Origin: Nannocystales bacterium
GTDB taxonomy: Bacteria > Myxococcota_A > Polyangia > Nannocystales > Nannocystaceae
Reading direction: 5' to 3'
Length of the DNA: 64,000 nt
Assembly (NCBI GenBank): GCA_050633305.1
Contig: JBOEGF010000008.1
Span: forward strand, 446,474 to 510,473
The notes beneath the pieces were generated by a model, which had not been told where the DNA came from, ran no database searches, and saw nothing but the letters and a program-made list of their open reading frames with translations. Positions 28,066-37,679 of the stretch are shown in pieces (the first letter of the stretch is position 1; every line of letters starts with the position of its first letter). Position numbers and translations under genes: made by a program.

Positions 28066-30915
28066 ATGGCGTTTCGGCGGTTTCGGTCCTCGGTGCTCTT
28101 CGGCCTCGCTCTTCTCGGCCCCGGGGGGTGCGAGCAGAAGCCCGTTTCCGCTCCACCAACGGATGTCGCGCCACGGGGTGCGGGCCCCGCACAGCCCGAC
28201 CCGCTCGGCGACACGTCGGCCGCGTACGGTGGCCACGACGAGGCTGGAAGCCTTCAGTCCGCCGAGCCTAGAACTCGGCCCGAGCCGGCCAAGCTCGAAT
28301 CTCGGGAGGCTGCGATCGAGGCGGTCACACACGGAAACCCCGAGGGGGGCCGGGACTTTCTCTCTGGGTTTGTCACCGAACACCCCACAGACATCGACGC
28401 ACTCCATGCCCTCGCGCGTGCGCACCTCCTCCTCGGCGACACCGCTGCCACCCGCGCGGCCCTCCATGCGCAGATCGGGAAAGACACCACCGCCACCCGC
28501 CTGGCTGCGGAGTCCCTGGCCCGAGAGGGACAGCTCGAACAAGCCGCGGCCATGCTTCGCGACGCGGCGAAAAAGAACGCCGGCTCGATGGCCCTACGCG
28601 GCGACCTCGTCACCATCGAAGTCGCCCGCGGCAAGCGAGATGACGCGGCCGTCAAGTCACTCATGGACGGCTTGTACGACGACTACGAGGCGGACCGCGC
28701 GAAGACCGAGGGCGACCTGTTTGCCGTGGCTCAAGCGGCGCTCGGCCGCGGCACCAAGGGCGCGCTGAAGGATGCCAACATGGTGTTCGGAGAGGCCGAA
28801 GAACTCGCGGGTGCCAACGCCCCTGCGGGATGGGACCTCGAAGCGATCGTCCTGCGTCGCGCGGACATGTTTCGCGAGAAGTATGCGGCCGAAGACGCCT
28901 TGCAGACCTACGCGCTCATCCTCGAGGGCCGCGACGCGTGGCATCCCGATGCCCTTGCGGGCTCCGCTCGGGTCCACGTCGACAACTTGGCGTTTGCCGT
29001 GGCGACTCGACTCGCCCAAGAAGCGCTGCTGGTCGATCCCACCCACCCCGACGCCCACGCCGTCCTCGCTCGCATTGCGCTGATCGAAGGGCGGCGCGAC
29101 GAAGCGCACTCTCGCATCGAAGAACACGTCCTGGCGCGCAACCCCAGCCACACCAGCGGCCTCGCGGTGATGGCCGCACTGTCGATCGTCAAGGGCGACG
29201 ACGCCGGGTACACGCGATGGCGCGACGCAGCGCTGGCCGTCAATCCGCACAACGGCCTGTACTACAAGGAGCTGGCCGATGTGCTCGGGTTCCTCCATCT
29301 GTACCCCGAGACAGACGTCATCCTCATTGACGGCCTCACCCGGGCTCCCAAGGATCCAGCGGTCCTCGCCGCGCGAGCCTTGAACCTGCTTCGGCTTGGC
29401 AAGGAGAAGGTTGCCCGCGAGCTGCTCGAACAAGCTTGGAGTCGAGACCCATTCAACGAGCGTACCCGCAACACGCTCGACCTGTACGACGAGCGCATCG
29501 ACAAGCTCTACGGTGAGCGCAAGGTCGGAGACTTGGTTCTCCGCTTGCCCAGCGATGAGCGCGACCTGATCGAGCCCGTGCTCGTCGAGTCCACCCGAAC
29601 TTCGCGGGATGCACTGGACGCCGCGTATCACACCCAGGCCGGCGAGTTACGGCTCGAGTTTTTCTCCGACCCCAGCGACTTTTCGATCCGCACCGTCGGC
29701 GTTCCGAGCTTGGGCGCGGTCGCGGTTTGCTTTGGCCCGGTCATCACCTTCATCGGTCCGTATGCCGGCCGGTTCAACATCGACAACGTGATCCGGCACG
29801 AGTTGGGGCACGTGTATGCGATCCGCCTCAGCAAGGGACGCGTTCCGCGATGGTTCACCGAGGGACTCAGCGAGTGGGAGTCCGAACAAGCCGACCCCGC
29901 GTTTGCACGGGAGAGCGCACAGCTGCTTGTCTCGGCCCGCCGCGCAGGAAAGCTGCGGAAGCTCAGCGAGCTCGAACTCGCCTTCATCCGGGCGGAGAGC
30001 CCACAAATGATGGAGGTCGCGTACGCGACGGCCGCGTATTCGATTCGCTACCTCGGGAGTACCTATGGGCGCGACAAGCTCATCGCGATGCTCAAAGGCT
30101 ACGCCGCGGGCAAGCACACCGAGGAACTCATGAAGACTCACCTGGGCAAGCCTCTGTCCCAGGTCGAAGACGAGTTCGAGGCGTGGTTCTTCGCACAGCT
30201 CGACGGGGTGTTCTCGGGGTGGCAGCCCGCTGCCGACCCATCCAAAGGCGATGAACGCGACGCCCTCTTCCAGCGCGCGCTTGCCAGCGCTCAGGAGGGA
30301 GACCGAGATGCTGCTCGCGCCGCCCTCGAAGAGCTGATCGGTCGCGACGGAGACGGGTTTGCGCCGCGCATGATGCTCGTGCGGCTCGCCGACCCCAGCG
30401 CCCCAAGCACCCAGACGCGAAAGCACCTCGAGGCTGCGCGCGCGTTTCATCGCGAGTCTGTCGAACCGCTGGTGATGCTGGCCAACCTTGCTCGGAAGGA
30501 AGACCGACCCGACGACGAGAAACGGCACCTCGAGGCTGCGCTCGCCATCGACGGCGACGGGTTCGAACCCGCCGGACGCCTTCTCATGCTCGGCGTCGTC
30601 ACGGCCGACCGTACAGCGACCAAGCTTGCCTTGCGTCGGGCTCGGGCAATCGCGCCCTTGCATCCCATCGCACTCGCCGGACAAGCCCTTGCACTCAAGG
30701 CCAAGGGCAACACCAAGCGCGCCACGGCATTGGCTCGGGCGGCCGCCAAGCGGCTCGAAGGTGCGGAAGGCCCCGCGGACACGTTTGTGATCGTCGCTCT
30801 TGCTGCGGCGGATACCGGAGATGCGGCCACCGCCAGAGTCATGGCCAAGCGAGCGCTCGAGCTCGGCGGACTCCCCAAGGCTGCGAAGACCCGTATCGAG
30901 ACATTGGCCCAATGA
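28066..30915 (+). CDS. TPR-repeat lipoprotein with central peptidase MA (gluzincin) domain
   Basis: Lipobox-like GPGGC; many TPR-like helices; HELGH...VPRWFTEGLSE. Confidence 0.82.
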   Translation: MAFRRFRSSVLFGLALLGPGGCEQKPVSAPPTDVAPRGAGPAQPDPLGDTSAAYGGHDEAGSLQSAEPRTRPEPAKLESREAAIEAVTHGNPEGGRDFLSGFVTEHPTDIDALHALARAHLLLGDTAATRAALHAQIGKDTTATRLAAESLAREGQLEQAAAMLRDAAKKNAGSMALRGDLVTIEVARGKRDDAAVKSLMDGLYDDYEADRAKTEGDLFAVAQAALGRGTKGALKDANMVFGEAEELAGANAPAGWDLEAIVLRRADMFREKYAAEDALQTYALILEGRDAWHPDALAGSARVHVDNLAFAVATRLAQEALLVDPTHPDAHAVLARIALIEGRRDEAHSRIEEHVLARNPSHTSGLAVMAALSIVKGDDAGYTRWRDAALAVNPHNGLYYKELADVLGFLHLYPETDVILIDGLTRAPKDPAVLAARALNLLRLGKEKVARELLEQAWSRDPFNERTRNTLDLYDERIDKLYGERKVGDLVLRLPSDERDLIEPVLVESTRTSRDALDAAYHTQAGELRLEFFSDPSDFSIRTVGVPSLGAVAVCFGPVITFIGPYAGRFNIDNVIRHELGHVYAIRLSKGRVPRWFTEGLSEWESEQADPAFARESAQLLVSARRAGKLRKLSELELAFIRAESPQMMEVAYATAAYSIRYLGSTYGRDKLIAMLKGYAAGKHTEELMKTHLGKPLSQVEDEFEAWFFAQLDGVFSGWQPAADPSKGDERDALFQRALASAQEGDRDAARAALEELIGRDGDGFAPRMMLVRLADPSAPSTQTRKHLEAARAFHRESVEPLVMLANLARKEDRPDDEKRHLEAALAIDGDGFEPAGRLLMLGVVTADRTATKLALRRARAIAPLHPIALAGQALALKAKGNTKRATALARAAAKRLEGAEGPADTFVIVALAAADTGDAATARVMAKRALELGGLPKAAKTRIETLAQ

Positions 30916-30928
30916 CGGCCAGCGTCGA

Positions 30929-31099
30929 CTACGGCGTCTGCAGACCGGGTCCGTCGCGCTCGCAGCGAATCTCGTAGTCCGCATTCACGTAGCAGTCATC
31001 GCCGACCTGGTCGCCGAACATCGCCTCACAACCGCTGAGGGACACGACGCAGGCCACGAAGGCCAAGACTGCACTGATCTGTTTTCGCTTCATCATCAT
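30929..31099 (-). CDS. Small lipoprotein (about 56 aa)
   Basis: MKRKQ + hydrophobic core + lipobox LSGC; mature peptide with two further Cys; purine-rich AAGGG upstream. Confidence 0.55.
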   Translation of the reverse strand: MMMKRKQISAVLAFVACVVSLSGCEAMFGDQVGDDCYVNADYEIRCERDGPGLQTP

Positions 31100-31228
31100 C
31101 GCTCTTGCCCTTATCGGACAGGCGCAACGATGGGTTGGTTTCGCGGAGCGTGTTTTCTCGGCAAGCCGCGGCGGCGCCAAGTTGGGCCGCCCGCGGATCG
31201 CCCGCGGGTCGAGGGGGCTCGACGGGTC

Positions 31229-31927
31229 TCAGCCGCAGTCGCCGAAGATCGGCTCGTTGGGGTCCGAGTCCGGCGCCGCGCACTCACTGCTGTACACACA
31301 CGACGGTGTGCCCTGCGTGTACACGGTGCCGCAGCCCCCCTCGCCGAAGGGTTTCTCCGGGTCGCACACCTCGCACTGGTTGATCCCGTCCGCGGTGTTG
31401 CACACGTACGATTCGTCGCAGAAGAACCCACGGCAAAACTGGTCTTTCACGTCCTGCGCCTCAAGACCGAGCGGGTTGTGGTTGATCGCAGGGGACTCTG
31501 AGTTGGCCACGTCGCAAATCCCATCGACCTCCTCCAGACCCGCCGCACAGCCGTCCTCGGGAGGACACCCCTGCAGACCCGGCACTGGGGGGTCGCTAGC
31601 ATCAGGACACGCGTAGTCGTTGAAGCCTCGCGAGCCGACAAGAGCCCGAAACTCGCCCTCGGCGTCGTAGCCCATCACATCGCAACTCACCTGGCGGAAC
31701 TCTGCAACGCAAATCTGCTCCACCTGGGTGGTGTCGATGTTGGCTTCTTCGTCGGACACACAGACCGCCTCAAAGCGGGTGTCCTCGGGTTGGTCGCAAT
31801 CGTCGACGTTGCCGCAGCGCTGGACGTCGTCGCGTGGGTTGAGGATCAAGCTACACGCGAGGCTCGAGCTGAGCGCGGCGGTGGCGAGGATCAACGAAAC
31901 GGTGCGGAAGCGCGATGCGATTGCCAT
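31229..31927 (-). CDS. Cys-rich acidic lipoprotein
   Basis: Lipobox SLAC; very high Cys and Asp/Glu content. Confidence 0.7.
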   Translation of the reverse strand: MAIASRFRTVSLILATAALSSSLACSLILNPRDDVQRCGNVDDCDQPEDTRFEAVCVSDEEANIDTTQVEQICVAEFRQVSCDVMGYDAEGEFRALVGSRGFNDYACPDASDPPVPGLQGCPPEDGCAAGLEEVDGICDVANSESPAINHNPLGLEAQDVKDQFCRGFFCDESYVCNTADGINQCEVCDPEKPFGEGGCGTVYTQGTPSCVYSSECAAPDSDPNEPIFGDCG

Positions 31928-32039
31928 GTGGATGGTCTTTCCCGTGTAGGTGTGCGTGGTCAACGCGGGGGCCGACTGTACGGACGGTAACCCGGGAGCG
32001 CAAGCGTGCTCTCCCATCAGCGTGCGAACGCCGCAACGC

Positions 32040-33587
32040 CTAGGACGCAGCGGGGAGCTCGATTCGAAAGGTGGTCCCCTCCGGCCCGGTCTCCTCGACA
32101 CGAACGGAGCCCCCGTGGTCCACGACGATCTCCTGAACGATGGGCAGACCGAGCCCGGTCCCCTGCGCTTTGCGCGTATAGAACGCCTCGAAGATACGCT
32201 CCAACGCGTCTTCAGGCAGATCGATGCCCGGGCCATTGTCGCGAACAACGACGACGACCCTGCCGTCCTTACAGCGCATCCGCACCTCGACCTGGGGCGC
32301 AGCCACCTCGTCTCGGTCGGGCTCGGTCACGGCCTCCAGCGCGTTGCGGATCAGATTCATGAAGACCTGGCGGAGCTGGTTTCCGTCCCCGCTAATCCAG
32401 ACCTCGTCCTCCGGGAAGGTGGATCCGAGCGCCACCCCGGCGAGCTCGACCTCGGGGCGGAGGAAAGTGAGCAGGCTGCGAAGCTCCTCGCGCAGGTCGA
32501 GTCTCGCCAGCTCGGGCTTGGGCCGCCTCGCAAACCGCAGGTAGTCCTCGGTGATGGTGTTGAGTCGGTCGACCTCCTTGGTGATCGAACCGAGCAGGTT
32601 CCGCGCCTCGGGACTCGCCGCGTCCATCTCGTCCTCGAGCAGCTCGACGTTGAGCGCGACGCTCGACAAGGGGTTGCGGATCTCGTGCGTGATCTGGGCC
32701 GCCAACTGTCCAGCCGCCGCCAAACGCTCCCCCCGCAGGAGCCTGCGTTCACGTTCCTCGAGCGCGCCCGCCATGTGGTTGAACTCGGCCGCGAGCTGGC
32801 TGACCTCATCGCTGCGTTGCGCGCCATCGATCTCGACGCGTTGAGACCAGTCTCCCTGGGCGAGGTCTCGGACCTTTTGTGTCAGCTGCCGAAGCGGGCG
32901 CAGGGTGAGAAACAACCCTCCGGTCGCTAAAGCACCCAGCACGGCCACGGCCACGACCAGCAGCACAGTCCGCCGCTCGGTCTCCTCGCGAGCCTCGGCC
33001 ACCTCGGCGTCGAGTTCCTGAACCGCCGTTTCGGATTGCACAGCCAGCGTCTTGAACAACTGCGTGATCTGGTTCTGAGTCTGGATGTCGACGAGAACCT
33101 CGGTCGGCGTGACCACCTCGTCGTTGACCACCAGCTCTTGGAGTTGGTCGAGCGAATCCTGAATCTCCTGCAACGCTTGAAGCTGTCCGTCCCCGAACGC
33201 GGAGGGTTCACGCAGCGTGGCATCGACCGGTTCACGAGCTGCAACGACACTGGTGCTCCGCGCACGAAGCGCGATGGAGAAGTTCGACAGGAATGCGTCG
33301 TCGAGTGTGTCGACGGCCTGGGTCTGATGCGTTCGCACCTGTTCGTGCACGCGAACGGCTTGAACGTGCGCGGTCGCCAGGCGTTGGTTGAACACGACGT
33401 AGACTTCCGTGAGGCGATCGAAGCTGGCTTGCAGCGAGCGTAGCTGGGCGATCATCACGACGGCCGAAGCCGCCGCCGCCAACAACATGATCAGCACCAA
33501 CACCGAGATGCGGGCGGCCAACGAGTTGCGCAGCTGAACACGCGCGGAGGGTTCCTCGCTCACCGCTTCATCGGAACTCCTATCCAC
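32040..33587 (-). CDS. Membrane sensor histidine kinase (2 TM, HAMP, HisKA, HATPase)
   Basis: DEVSQLAAEFNHM (HAMP), ITHEIRNPL, QVFMNLIRNA, DNGPGI, GTGLGL. Confidence 0.94.
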   Translation of the reverse strand: MDRSSDEAVSEEPSARVQLRNSLAARISVLVLIMLLAAAASAVVMIAQLRSLQASFDRLTEVYVVFNQRLATAHVQAVRVHEQVRTHQTQAVDTLDDAFLSNFSIALRARSTSVVAAREPVDATLREPSAFGDGQLQALQEIQDSLDQLQELVVNDEVVTPTEVLVDIQTQNQITQLFKTLAVQSETAVQELDAEVAEAREETERRTVLLVVAVAVLGALATGGLFLTLRPLRQLTQKVRDLAQGDWSQRVEIDGAQRSDEVSQLAAEFNHMAGALEERERRLLRGERLAAAGQLAAQITHEIRNPLSSVALNVELLEDEMDAASPEARNLLGSITKEVDRLNTITEDYLRFARRPKPELARLDLREELRSLLTFLRPEVELAGVALGSTFPEDEVWISGDGNQLRQVFMNLIRNALEAVTEPDRDEVAAPQVEVRMRCKDGRVVVVVRDNGPGIDLPEDALERIFEAFYTRKAQGTGLGLPIVQEIVVDHGGSVRVEETGPEGTTFRIELPAAS

Positions 33588-33691
33588 GCCCCGGCAAGAT
33601 AGACCGAGGGCCGAATTGGCGCAAAACGCGAGCCCCTTTTCTCTCGCAGCGCACCATGCAACTGTTGGTTGGGTCTCGGCCCCGCCTCATC

Positions 33692-34777
33692 ATGAACTCG
33701 CGCCCGCTCCTCGCTTCCCTCCTGTGCGCCAGCCTTGCTTCGTTTGCCCCTGTGGCAGCGCATGCGCAGCTGCCACCCGCAGGAGTGAGCGCGGTGATGG
33801 TCTCCATGGCCACCCAGGACGCCGAGCCCGCGGTCACCAGCGTGCTCGGCCTGCGAAGCGAGGACAGCGAGGCAGGGGAGCGACTCACCACGTCGCTGCG
33901 CTCGGCATTCGCGGAGCGGGACATGGCCGGCGGGCAAGACCTCACGCTCGAAGAGGTCATCCTGACGCTCGATTGCTCGAGCGAGGAAGACACCGCGTGC
34001 ATGACCGAAGCCGGCAGCGCGCTCGAGGCCCAGAAGCTCGTGTACGGGAGCCTGGACAAGTCGGGCGGAAGCTACGTCGTTGAGATCAGCGTGCTCAACG
34101 TGACGACCGGCCAGGTCGAAGCCCAAGGAACCCTGCCGTTCGACGAGGAAGCCCTCACCGCGGCAAACGTCGACGCAACGGCGGTCGAAGTCGTCAACAG
34201 CTTGTATCCGCAGGCCGATACTTCCGTCGTCGCAGCGACCCCACTCGATGGCGGCGAGGGAACCGTCGACAACCCTCCCGAAGACTCCGATCCCCCCCGA
34301 GAGTCCAACTACGTGTGGGGCCCGTACAAGCCTCGACCCACCTGGAAGAAGGTCGGTCTCGGCGTGAGCGCGAGTCTCACCGTCCTGGGGGCGACCGCTG
34401 GCGTCCTGGGCTGGTGGTACTACAAGGTCAAACACGAGTCCCGAATCACCGAGGCGAAGAACCGCAACGGTGATGCGATCGGAAACGAATCAACGATCGA
34501 TTACTGCCGCCGAATCCTCAAAAAAGAGGAAGGCGGCGAGGTCGACGACCTCGATCGGTCGTACGGCTGCCAATCGTTCGTCGGCGGTCGAAACGTGAAC
34601 AACGCGGGTGTCGCGGTTGCGGTGGTCGCGGGGATCTCGACGGTGGTCTTCACCACGCTCATGTTCGTCCACAAGAAGAGTGCTCCGGGGTCCGAAGCCC
34701 GCAAGCCCGCCCGGTTCCGTCTCTCGGGCGGTCCAACCCGCGGCGGAGCGTTCCTCGGCGGAGAGGGACGCTTCTAG
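33692..34777 (+). CDS. Secreted hypothetical protein (alpha/beta N-domain, C-terminal hydrophobic helices, ends GRF)
   Basis: Signal peptide ending AHA; DCSSEEDTACM...AQKLVYGSL domain; two C-terminal hydrophobic helices and terminal GGAFLGGEGRF. Confidence 0.65.
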   Translation: MNSRPLLASLLCASLASFAPVAAHAQLPPAGVSAVMVSMATQDAEPAVTSVLGLRSEDSEAGERLTTSLRSAFAERDMAGGQDLTLEEVILTLDCSSEEDTACMTEAGSALEAQKLVYGSLDKSGGSYVVEISVLNVTTGQVEAQGTLPFDEEALTAANVDATAVEVVNSLYPQADTSVVAATPLDGGEGTVDNPPEDSDPPRESNYVWGPYKPRPTWKKVGLGVSASLTVLGATAGVLGWWYYKVKHESRITEAKNRNGDAIGNESTIDYCRRILKKEEGGEVDDLDRSYGCQSFVGGRNVNNAGVAVAVVAGISTVVFTTLMFVHKKSAPGSEARKPARFRLSGGPTRGGAFLGGEGRF

Positions 34778-34813
34778 GGTCCCCCCCCTCGACCTGCAGC
34801 AGCCCGACCCTGT

Positions 34814-34855
34814 GGTCGTGGCCAGGTCGTGGCCAGGTCGTGGGCCAGGCCAGGT
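34814..34855 (+). repeat. Short tandem repeat GGTCGTGGCCA (about 3 copies)
   Basis: Copies at 34814, 34825, 34836 (third with one extra G) in a convergent intergenic gap. Confidence 0.7.
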
Positions 34856-34879
34856 GTCGCACTCAGGCCAGAGGCAAGC

Positions 34880-35716
34880 TCAAGGCGCCTGCTTCGCGGG
34901 GTGGGGCGTCGGCACGGCACCGTCGAGCGCTTTGCCCTTCGCTTCAGCCGGGTCCCTCACCGGGGTGGGCTTCGCACCGCCCTTGGCCGGCGCGAACTCG
35001 ATCTCTCGAGTATCGATCACATCGAGCGACACACCGATTGTCACCCGAAGGTAATGGTCGTTCTTGGGTGAGTGCTTGTTCGGTGGACCCGAGGGTGCGG
35101 ACTTCACCATCCGCCAAAGCGGCTCGCCGTCGTACGTCTGACGTTTGAGCGCTTCGACCACAAGCGCGGGCTCGTGCTCGTAGGGAGAGCGAAGCACGAA
35201 GCTACAGCGGACGGTGCGGCACTGGGTCCCGCTGACGACCACGCGGGGGTCTTCGGGTGCGCCTGTAAAGGCCTCCTTGCGAGCGACGACGACCGCCTTG
35301 TTGACCGTCGACTGCATACGGCGGCCCCACTTGCCCTTGATCGTCTCGCTGTCGTAGCGCTCGTCTTTCCAGCGCTTCCACGCCGCATCCATCTGGGCGG
35401 GTGTGCGCTCGGCCGCGCGAGTCTTCGAACGACGGCCAGCCCGTTTGGACTTGGACTTGTCCTTCTTGGGCATGACCACCTTTTCGTCCGGGACGTTGAG
35501 CGAAAAATGGACCCCGACCGCACCCAGTACGAGCACGGGAGCAAGCACCGCCCGTGCGATGCGAAGGCCCCGCGTGGGCAGGGCAGCCTCACGGGGACCA
35601 TCCGCGCGCGAGGTGCCTGCGGCGGCTTCCGCCGGAGCCCGCGACTCACCCGATTCGCCGGGCCCAGTGGGGCCCTCTGCCGGCGGGTGCGAGGAGGAGG
35701 ATTCTGCGTCACTCAT
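34880..35716 (-). CDS. Hypothetical single-pass membrane protein
   Basis: Disordered N-terminus, TM (VLAPVLVLGAVGVHF), basic domain with CRTVRC; overlaps the upstream gene stop. Confidence 0.6.
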   Translation of the reverse strand: MSDAESSSSHPPAEGPTGPGESGESRAPAEAAAGTSRADGPREAALPTRGLRIARAVLAPVLVLGAVGVHFSLNVPDEKVVMPKKDKSKSKRAGRRSKTRAAERTPAQMDAAWKRWKDERYDSETIKGKWGRRMQSTVNKAVVVARKEAFTGAPEDPRVVVSGTQCRTVRCSFVLRSPYEHEPALVVEALKRQTYDGEPLWRMVKSAPSGPPNKHSPKNDHYLRVTIGVSLDVIDTREIEFAPAKGGAKPTPVRDPAEAKGKALDGAVPTPHPAKQAP

Positions 35717-36245
35717 CGTTGGATCCGTCGGGCGGCGTTTTCTCAATCCCTGCCGGCGGGGGCGGTGTGGGCAAGGAGACCTTCCAAGCGCCATCCTCGA
35801 GCACCAGCTGGACCTCGTGCCCGGTTCCATCGGCGCCGATCAGCTTCACCGTCGCGGCGTCCCCAGCGTTGGAGAGCAGCTCCGCCTTCGCGACAGCGAA
35901 GCGGGCATCGACATCGACGACCTGCAGCATCTCGGTCGGACTCACGCTACGACGGCCACCGATCTGATCGCTGGCCCTCTCCGCCGAGTGCTCGACGTAC
36001 GCGAGCGTCTTCTGGTCGACAGTCTCGAGCAAAGCCTCCGTGTCCCGGGTCCGGACTGCGACCGCAAACTGCTTGGCCGCCACAACCGGAGCGGGCTCTT
36101 CGTTGCAAGCCGTCAGCGTGGCGGCAAGGGTCAGCCCGCAAAGGAGCCTACTTTGCCAGGCCGCGGAACCCAGAGGCGAGCGCCTCGACTTGCAAAAAGC
36201 CCGAAACGCTCGGAAGGGCGAGAAGAGGGATCGGTCAGCTCGCAT
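35709..36245 (-). CDS. Hypothetical lipoprotein
   Basis: Lipobox TLTAC; C-terminal VQLVLEDGAWKV strand pattern; start uncertain. Confidence 0.55.
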   Translation of the reverse strand: MRADRSLFSPFRAFRAFCKSRRSPLGSAAWQSRLLCGLTLAATLTACNEEPAPVVAAKQFAVAVRTRDTEALLETVDQKTLAYVEHSAERASDQIGGRRSVSPTEMLQVVDVDARFAVAKAELLSNAGDAATVKLIGADGTGHEVQLVLEDGAWKVSLPTPPPPAGIEKTPPDGSNDE

Positions 36246-37650
36246 CGGTCTGGCTCTTGTGCATTCCGAGCCGCTTGAGCAGCTCACGAAGGTAGTAGCG
36301 GGTGATGCCCGCCTCGGCCGATGCGCGGCTGAGGTTGCCGTCGGTCTTCTCGAGCAGCTTGCCGAAGTACGCACGTTCGAAGGAGTCGACCATGTGCTGC
36401 TTGGCTTCCTTGAACGGCGTGTCGAACAGCGCCGGGTCGATCCCGCTGGAGGATGGCGCCGCGTCGGCCGGTGCAGGGCTCGCGGCCTGTTCACGACGAC
36501 CGATGTGGAGGTCGCTGGGCTCGATCACGCTGTCCCGACACAGGTGGGCCGCGCGTTGGATGATGTTCTTGAGCTGACGAACGTTGCCCGGGAACTGCTC
36601 GGCCGCGAGCGCTTCACGGGCAGCATCATTGAGACGCGGCTTGGCGACCGGCCGGGGGTAGCTGCGAACGAAGTCCTCGAGGAACTTCTCGGCCAGCATC
36701 ACGACGTCGTCCCCGCGCTTGCGCAGCGGCGGAAGCTCGACGCCCATCACCGACAGGCGAAAGTACAGGTCCTCGCGGAACTGGCCCTGGCCCACCATCA
36801 TCCGCAGGTCTCGGTGTGTGGCGGCCACGACACGAACATCGACCTGTCGGACTTGGCTCTCACCGATGCGTTGAACCTCGCGCCGATCGAGAACCCGCAG
36901 GAGCTTGGGTTGAAGATCGAGCGGAAGCTCCCCGATCTCGTCGAGAAACAACGTGCCGCCATCGGCCTCCTCGAAGCAGCCCGCGCGGTCGCTGACCGCC
37001 CCAGTGAAGGAGCCCTTCTTGTGCCCGAGGATTGCGGCTTCGGCGAGCTCGCGCGGCAACGAGCCGCAGTCGAGCACGACGAACGGGTGTTTTTCGCGGT
37101 GGGATTCGTCGTGCAGCGCGCGGGCGACGAGTTCCTTACCGCTGCCCGTCTCCCCGTGGATCAGCACGCTCATCTCTGTGGGAGCCACTCGCTCCAGGAC
37201 CGCGAAGACCTCGCGCATCGCTGGGCTCTTGCCGTCCAAGGCTCCGAAGTGGTCCTCACCCGAGATCGGAATCTGGACCTCGTCGGCGGACAACAGCTCG
37301 ACCTCGGTCTTGCCGACCTTGAGCATCGAGCCCGGCTCGATCCACGCCTCGCGAACCCGCACGGACCCGATGAAGGTCCCGTTGGTGCTGTCGAGGTCGT
37401 GCACGTGCACGCCGTCTTCTCCAATGATGAGTTCGGCGTGAGTCCCGCTGACGGAGGTGTCCGAAAGCGCCAGGTCGTTGACCGCGCTCCGTCCGATCGT
37501 GATCCGGGATCGCGCAACGGTGAGCTGGGAGCCCTTGTCAGGCCCATCCGTCACCCGCAGCATCACTCGCCGGAGCTGCTTGTGCGTGTGTTCAGACGCG
37601 AAGAACGTGGTGGTCATGCCCGTTTCGCTGGGCTCGCCTTTGGTCACCAA
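36235..37650 (-). CDS. FHA-domain sigma54-dependent enhancer-binding protein
   Basis: FHA (IGRS, SGTH, DLDSTNGT); Walker A GETGSGKE; GSFTGA; LFLDEIGE; FREDLYFRL; Fis-type HTH. Confidence 0.94.
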   Translation of the reverse strand: MVTKGEPSETGMTTTFFASEHTHKQLRRVMLRVTDGPDKGSQLTVARSRITIGRSAVNDLALSDTSVSGTHAELIIGEDGVHVHDLDSTNGTFIGSVRVREAWIEPGSMLKVGKTEVELLSADEVQIPISGEDHFGALDGKSPAMREVFAVLERVAPTEMSVLIHGETGSGKELVARALHDESHREKHPFVVLDCGSLPRELAEAAILGHKKGSFTGAVSDRAGCFEEADGGTLFLDEIGELPLDLQPKLLRVLDRREVQRIGESQVRQVDVRVVAATHRDLRMMVGQGQFREDLYFRLSVMGVELPPLRKRGDDVVMLAEKFLEDFVRSYPRPVAKPRLNDAAREALAAEQFPGNVRQLKNIIQRAAHLCRDSVIEPSDLHIGRREQAASPAPADAAPSSSGIDPALFDTPFKEAKQHMVDSFERAYFGKLLEKTDGNLSRASAEAGITRYYLRELLKRLGMHKSQTDAS

Positions 37651-37679
37651 GATGGAGTTCCTGTTCGATGCCGCAGGCT

